From: Thiobacillaceae bacterium
Lineage (GTDB): Bacteria; Pseudomonadota; Gammaproteobacteria; Burkholderiales; Thiobacillaceae
Length of the DNA stretch: 64,000 nucleotides
NCBI GenBank assembly: GCA_025458005.1
Contig: JALOTG010000001.1
Location: 10,521-74,520 of the forward strand
Direction: 5' to 3'
Of this stretch, positions 62,058 through 64,000 are shown one piece after another; positions within the stretch are counted from its first letter, which is position 1, and every line of letters starts with the position of its first letter. The translations under genes and the position numbers were made by a program. The notes under the pieces were generated by a model. The model saw only the letters and a list, made by a program, of their open reading frames with translations, made no database searches and was not told where the DNA came from.

Positions 62058-63398
62058 ATGGCGCTGTCCGATACCACACTGAGGAACCTGCCACCGGCCA
62101 GCATCAATTCCGACGGCGGCGGTCTGTTCATCGAGTCCAGCCCCGGCGGGAAAATGGTCTGGCGGCTGCGCTACCGGCTGGCGGGCAAGCAAGAAAAGCT
62201 CGCCTTGGGCGACTACCCGGCCTATGGGCTGTCCGAGGCCCGCAAGTGGCGTGAGGACTGCAAGGCGCTGGTAAAGCGTGGACTGTCGCCGATGGCCCTC
62301 AAGCGGGGCGATCCCATTCCCGAAGATGCCAAGCCCGAGGCGCGGGAAATGGCTACTCACTTCCTCAAGCAATGGTGCGGCAAGGCCATTGAGAAGATGA
62401 AGGCCAAGGAAGCCGAGGAACAGGCTAAGCAAGAGGCCAGGCAAGCCGAGGAAAGGGCCGCCGATAGCGTGGCCGCCTTTGCATGGCGCTGGTATGAAGA
62501 AGTCGCCGAGCCTGGCAACAGCAACCCCCGCAACGTCAAGCGGGTATTGGAAAAAGACATAATCCCGGCCATTGGCGACAAGCATATAAGCGAAGTCACG
62601 CCGGACGATGTTCTCGCCATAACCGACCGCATCAAGGCGCGGGGGGCCGATCAAATGGCGCTGGCCACGCGCAACGTGATGAAGCGGCTATTCGCCTATG
62701 CCATCGCACGGCAGAAAACCACATTCAATCCGGCGGCGGCCATCGAGGCGAAATACATCGCCACGGCGAAAAGTCGGGACGTGGCATTAACGCCGGATGA
62801 AGTGGGAATGCTGCTAAGGGCTATTTATCAATCCAGCGTGAAGCGTTCTCACAAGCTGGCCTTGCACCTGCTGATTCTCTGCATGGTGCGAAAGGGCGAA
62901 TTGATCGGGGCACGGTGGGAAGAAATCGACTTCGACAATGCCCTTTTTTCGATTCCCGGCGAGCGGATGAAGAAAGACAGGCCGCACCTGATCCCGTTGT
63001 CTAAACAGGCCCTGGCGATGTTCGAGGAATTGAAGGGACTGGCCAGCGGGTCCGAATGGGTATTCCCGAGCCGGGGCACCCTTGAGCAGCCCATCGCGCA
63101 CAGTACATTGAATCAGGCCGTCCGGTCCCTTGAGCTTGGCGTGAGGGATTTCGTCCTGCATGACTTCCGGCGGACAGCTAGCACTCACTTACATGAAGCC
63201 GGATTCAATTCGGACTGGATCGAGAAGGCATTAGCCCATGAAACGAAAGGGATTCGGGGCGTCTACAACCGGGCGCAATATCTTGAGCAACGCCGGGAAA
63301 TGCTGCAATGGTGGGCCGACTTCGTGGACAGCCAGATTGATGAAGGCAAGAACAACGTGATCATCGGTCGATTCGGCAAGGCGTATCAGGCCGCTTAG
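62058..63398 (+). CDS. int: P4-type tyrosine integrase (DUF4102 N-terminal arm-binding domain plus catalytic domain)
   Basis: MALSDTTLRNLPPASINSDGGGLFIESSPGGKMVWRLRYRLAGKQEKLALGDYP is DUF4102-like. The catalytic residues sit in RKGELIGARWEEID, HDFRRTAST and HETKGIRGVY. Confidence 0.9.
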   Translation: MALSDTTLRNLPPASINSDGGGLFIESSPGGKMVWRLRYRLAGKQEKLALGDYPAYGLSEARKWREDCKALVKRGLSPMALKRGDPIPEDAKPEAREMATHFLKQWCGKAIEKMKAKEAEEQAKQEARQAEERAADSVAAFAWRWYEEVAEPGNSNPRNVKRVLEKDIIPAIGDKHISEVTPDDVLAITDRIKARGADQMALATRNVMKRLFAYAIARQKTTFNPAAAIEAKYIATAKSRDVALTPDEVGMLLRAIYQSSVKRSHKLALHLLILCMVRKGELIGARWEEIDFDNALFSIPGERMKKDRPHLIPLSKQALAMFEELKGLASGSEWVFPSRGTLEQPIAHSTLNQAVRSLELGVRDFVLHDFRRTASTHLHEAGFNSDWIEKALAHETKGIRGVYNRAQYLEQRREMLQWWADFVDSQIDEGKNNVIIGRFGKAYQAA

Positions 63399-63417
63399 GC
63401 GGTGTTCCATGCAATGC

Positions 63418-63446
63418 TTGACAATGCCTTAAAGGTTTTATATCTT
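63418..63446 (+). promoter_or_regulatory. Putative sigma-70 promoter upstream of alpA
   Basis: TTGACA at 63418..63423, followed 15-17 nt later by TATATC/TATCTT. Confidence 0.3.
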
Positions 63447-63652
63447 AGAAACACATTCGCGGCTGATGCGTTAATTCGGCACTCGGAACACGCCCGAGTC
63501 TAAACAAAGGGTGATCCACCGCATTGTGCGGCTGGTGTTCGCGGATGATGCCAAGCGTTATGCATCGTAAATGGCGCAAGGGTAAACCTTGCATTGTTTA
63601 TGCTGCCCGCTTGGTTCTCTTCCGAGCGGTGCATGAATAAGGAGTTAGTTTC

Positions 63653-63880
63653 ATGTCCGCACAACTTCAAGCCGCACTCAACATCATCCGTCGTAAACAA
63701 CTTGAGAAGAAAATTGGTCTGTCACGGTCGGCGATATATGACAGGTTGAACCCGAAATCGCCCAATTTCGACCCCTCCTTTCCGAGGCCGATCCCGCTTG
63801 GCGCGAGGGCCGTCGGATTTGTCGAGTCGGAGTGCGATAGTTGGCTGGCCGCCCGCATAGAAAGCCGGAAATCGGCTTGA
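63653..63880 (+). CDS. alpA: AlpA-family transcriptional regulator / excisionase
   Basis: 75 aa. IIRRKQLEKKIGLSRSAIYDRLNPKSPNFDPSFPRPIPLGARAVGFVESECDSWLAARI is the classic AlpA/Xis HTH pattern. An AAGGAG ribosome-binding site lies upstream. Confidence 0.85.
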   Translation: MSAQLQAALNIIRRKQLEKKIGLSRSAIYDRLNPKSPNFDPSFPRPIPLGARAVGFVESECDSWLAARIESRKSA

Positions 63881-63892
63881 GGAGTGGCGGCA

Positions 63893-64000
63893 ATGACACT
63901 CAAAAAAATGGGGCGCGATGCCGCACCCCAAAAGACGATTTACGGCGTCAATTCTAGCATCCGGGCCGCAACCAAGGCATTAATCGTAGGCGGGTATTGC
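63893..64000 (+). CDS. Possible start of the next island gene (partial, unknown function)
   Basis: ATG at 63893 preceded by GGAG, open to the window edge (MTLKKMGRDAAPQKTIYGVNSSIRAATKALIVGGYC...). No recognisable motif. Confidence 0.25.
   Translation, partial: MTLKKMGRDAAPQKTIYGVNSSIRAATKALIVGGYC

Larger units (their letters stand above)
61714..64000 (+). mobile_element. Left end of an integrative genomic island or integrative mobilizable element inserted downstream of mnmE (int, alpA/xis; it continues beyond the window)
   Basis: The conserved rpmH-rnpA-yidC-mnmE block switches abruptly to visibly lower-GC DNA encoding a P4-type tyrosine integrase and an AlpA-family protein. Confidence 0.65.

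Noticed and set aside
61402-62654. Minus-strand ORFs 61402..61962, 61769..61966 and 61821..62654, and plus-strand ORF 61799..62254, covering the mnmE-int spacer.
   Set aside because: They run across the repeat array or antisense to mnmE and int, and have no ribosome-binding site or homology. The repeated peptide fragments simply reflect the DNA motif.
63500-63931. Minus-strand ORFs antisense to alpA (63500..63700, 63667..63903, 63684..63899, 63722..63931).
   Set aside because: They overlap the clearly homologous plus-strand alpA gene and show no independent coding signal.

Overview
This is a GC-rich proteobacterial chromosomal window, probably gamma- or beta-proteobacterial judging by gene order. 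It is mostly core housekeeping genes and includes the replication-initiation neighbourhood, with gyrB-dnaN-dnaA on the minus strand diverging from rpmH-rnpA-yidC-mnmE on the plus strand. Other recognisable blocks:
- mlaFE-like ABC genes, mpl, a GGDEF cyclase, maf and rng.
- corA and an Hpt/HD-GYP protein.
- A class II ribonucleotide reductase (nrdJ) flanked by two PEP-CTERM exoprotein genes.
- xthA-queA and tRNA-Leu.
- The cell-shape/wall cluster ybeD-dat-dacA-rlpA-rodA-mrdA-mreDCB.
- gatCAB, interrupted by a Uma2 endonuclease gene.
- A class-B (B12-binding) radical SAM gene, pyrE, a second exonuclease III and a RelBE toxin-antitoxin pair.
- ampG, a glutamate/dicarboxylate symporter and a divergent pyruvate-kinase-like gene.
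- A tRNA-Ala/tRNA-Glu operon, mlaA-greB and an orphan LuxR-type response regulator.
- A cusCBA-type heavy-metal RND efflux operon.

The accessory or unusual content is small. The main items:
1. An isolated phage/eCIS-type tail-tube gene, translationally adjacent to a lamin-tail-domain protein, with no other tail genes nearby. This is the best candidate for something undescribed.
2. The left end of an integrative element inserted at the 3' end of mnmE. It carries a P4-type integrase, an AlpA-type excisionase/regulator and a dense array of a 10-bp motif upstream of int. Its cargo lies beyond the window.
3. An nrdJ gene whose C-terminal ~190 codons are in a different frame.
4. A perfect (GGTGAGG)5 G-quadruplex-type repeat in front of dat.
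5. Sigma-54 promoters on both PEP-CTERM genes, and tandem NrdR boxes overlapping the nrdJ promoter.

All calls come from reading the translated ORFs and the DNA by eye. No database search was run. Many long ORFs in the supplied track are antisense or out-of-frame GC artefacts and were not called.
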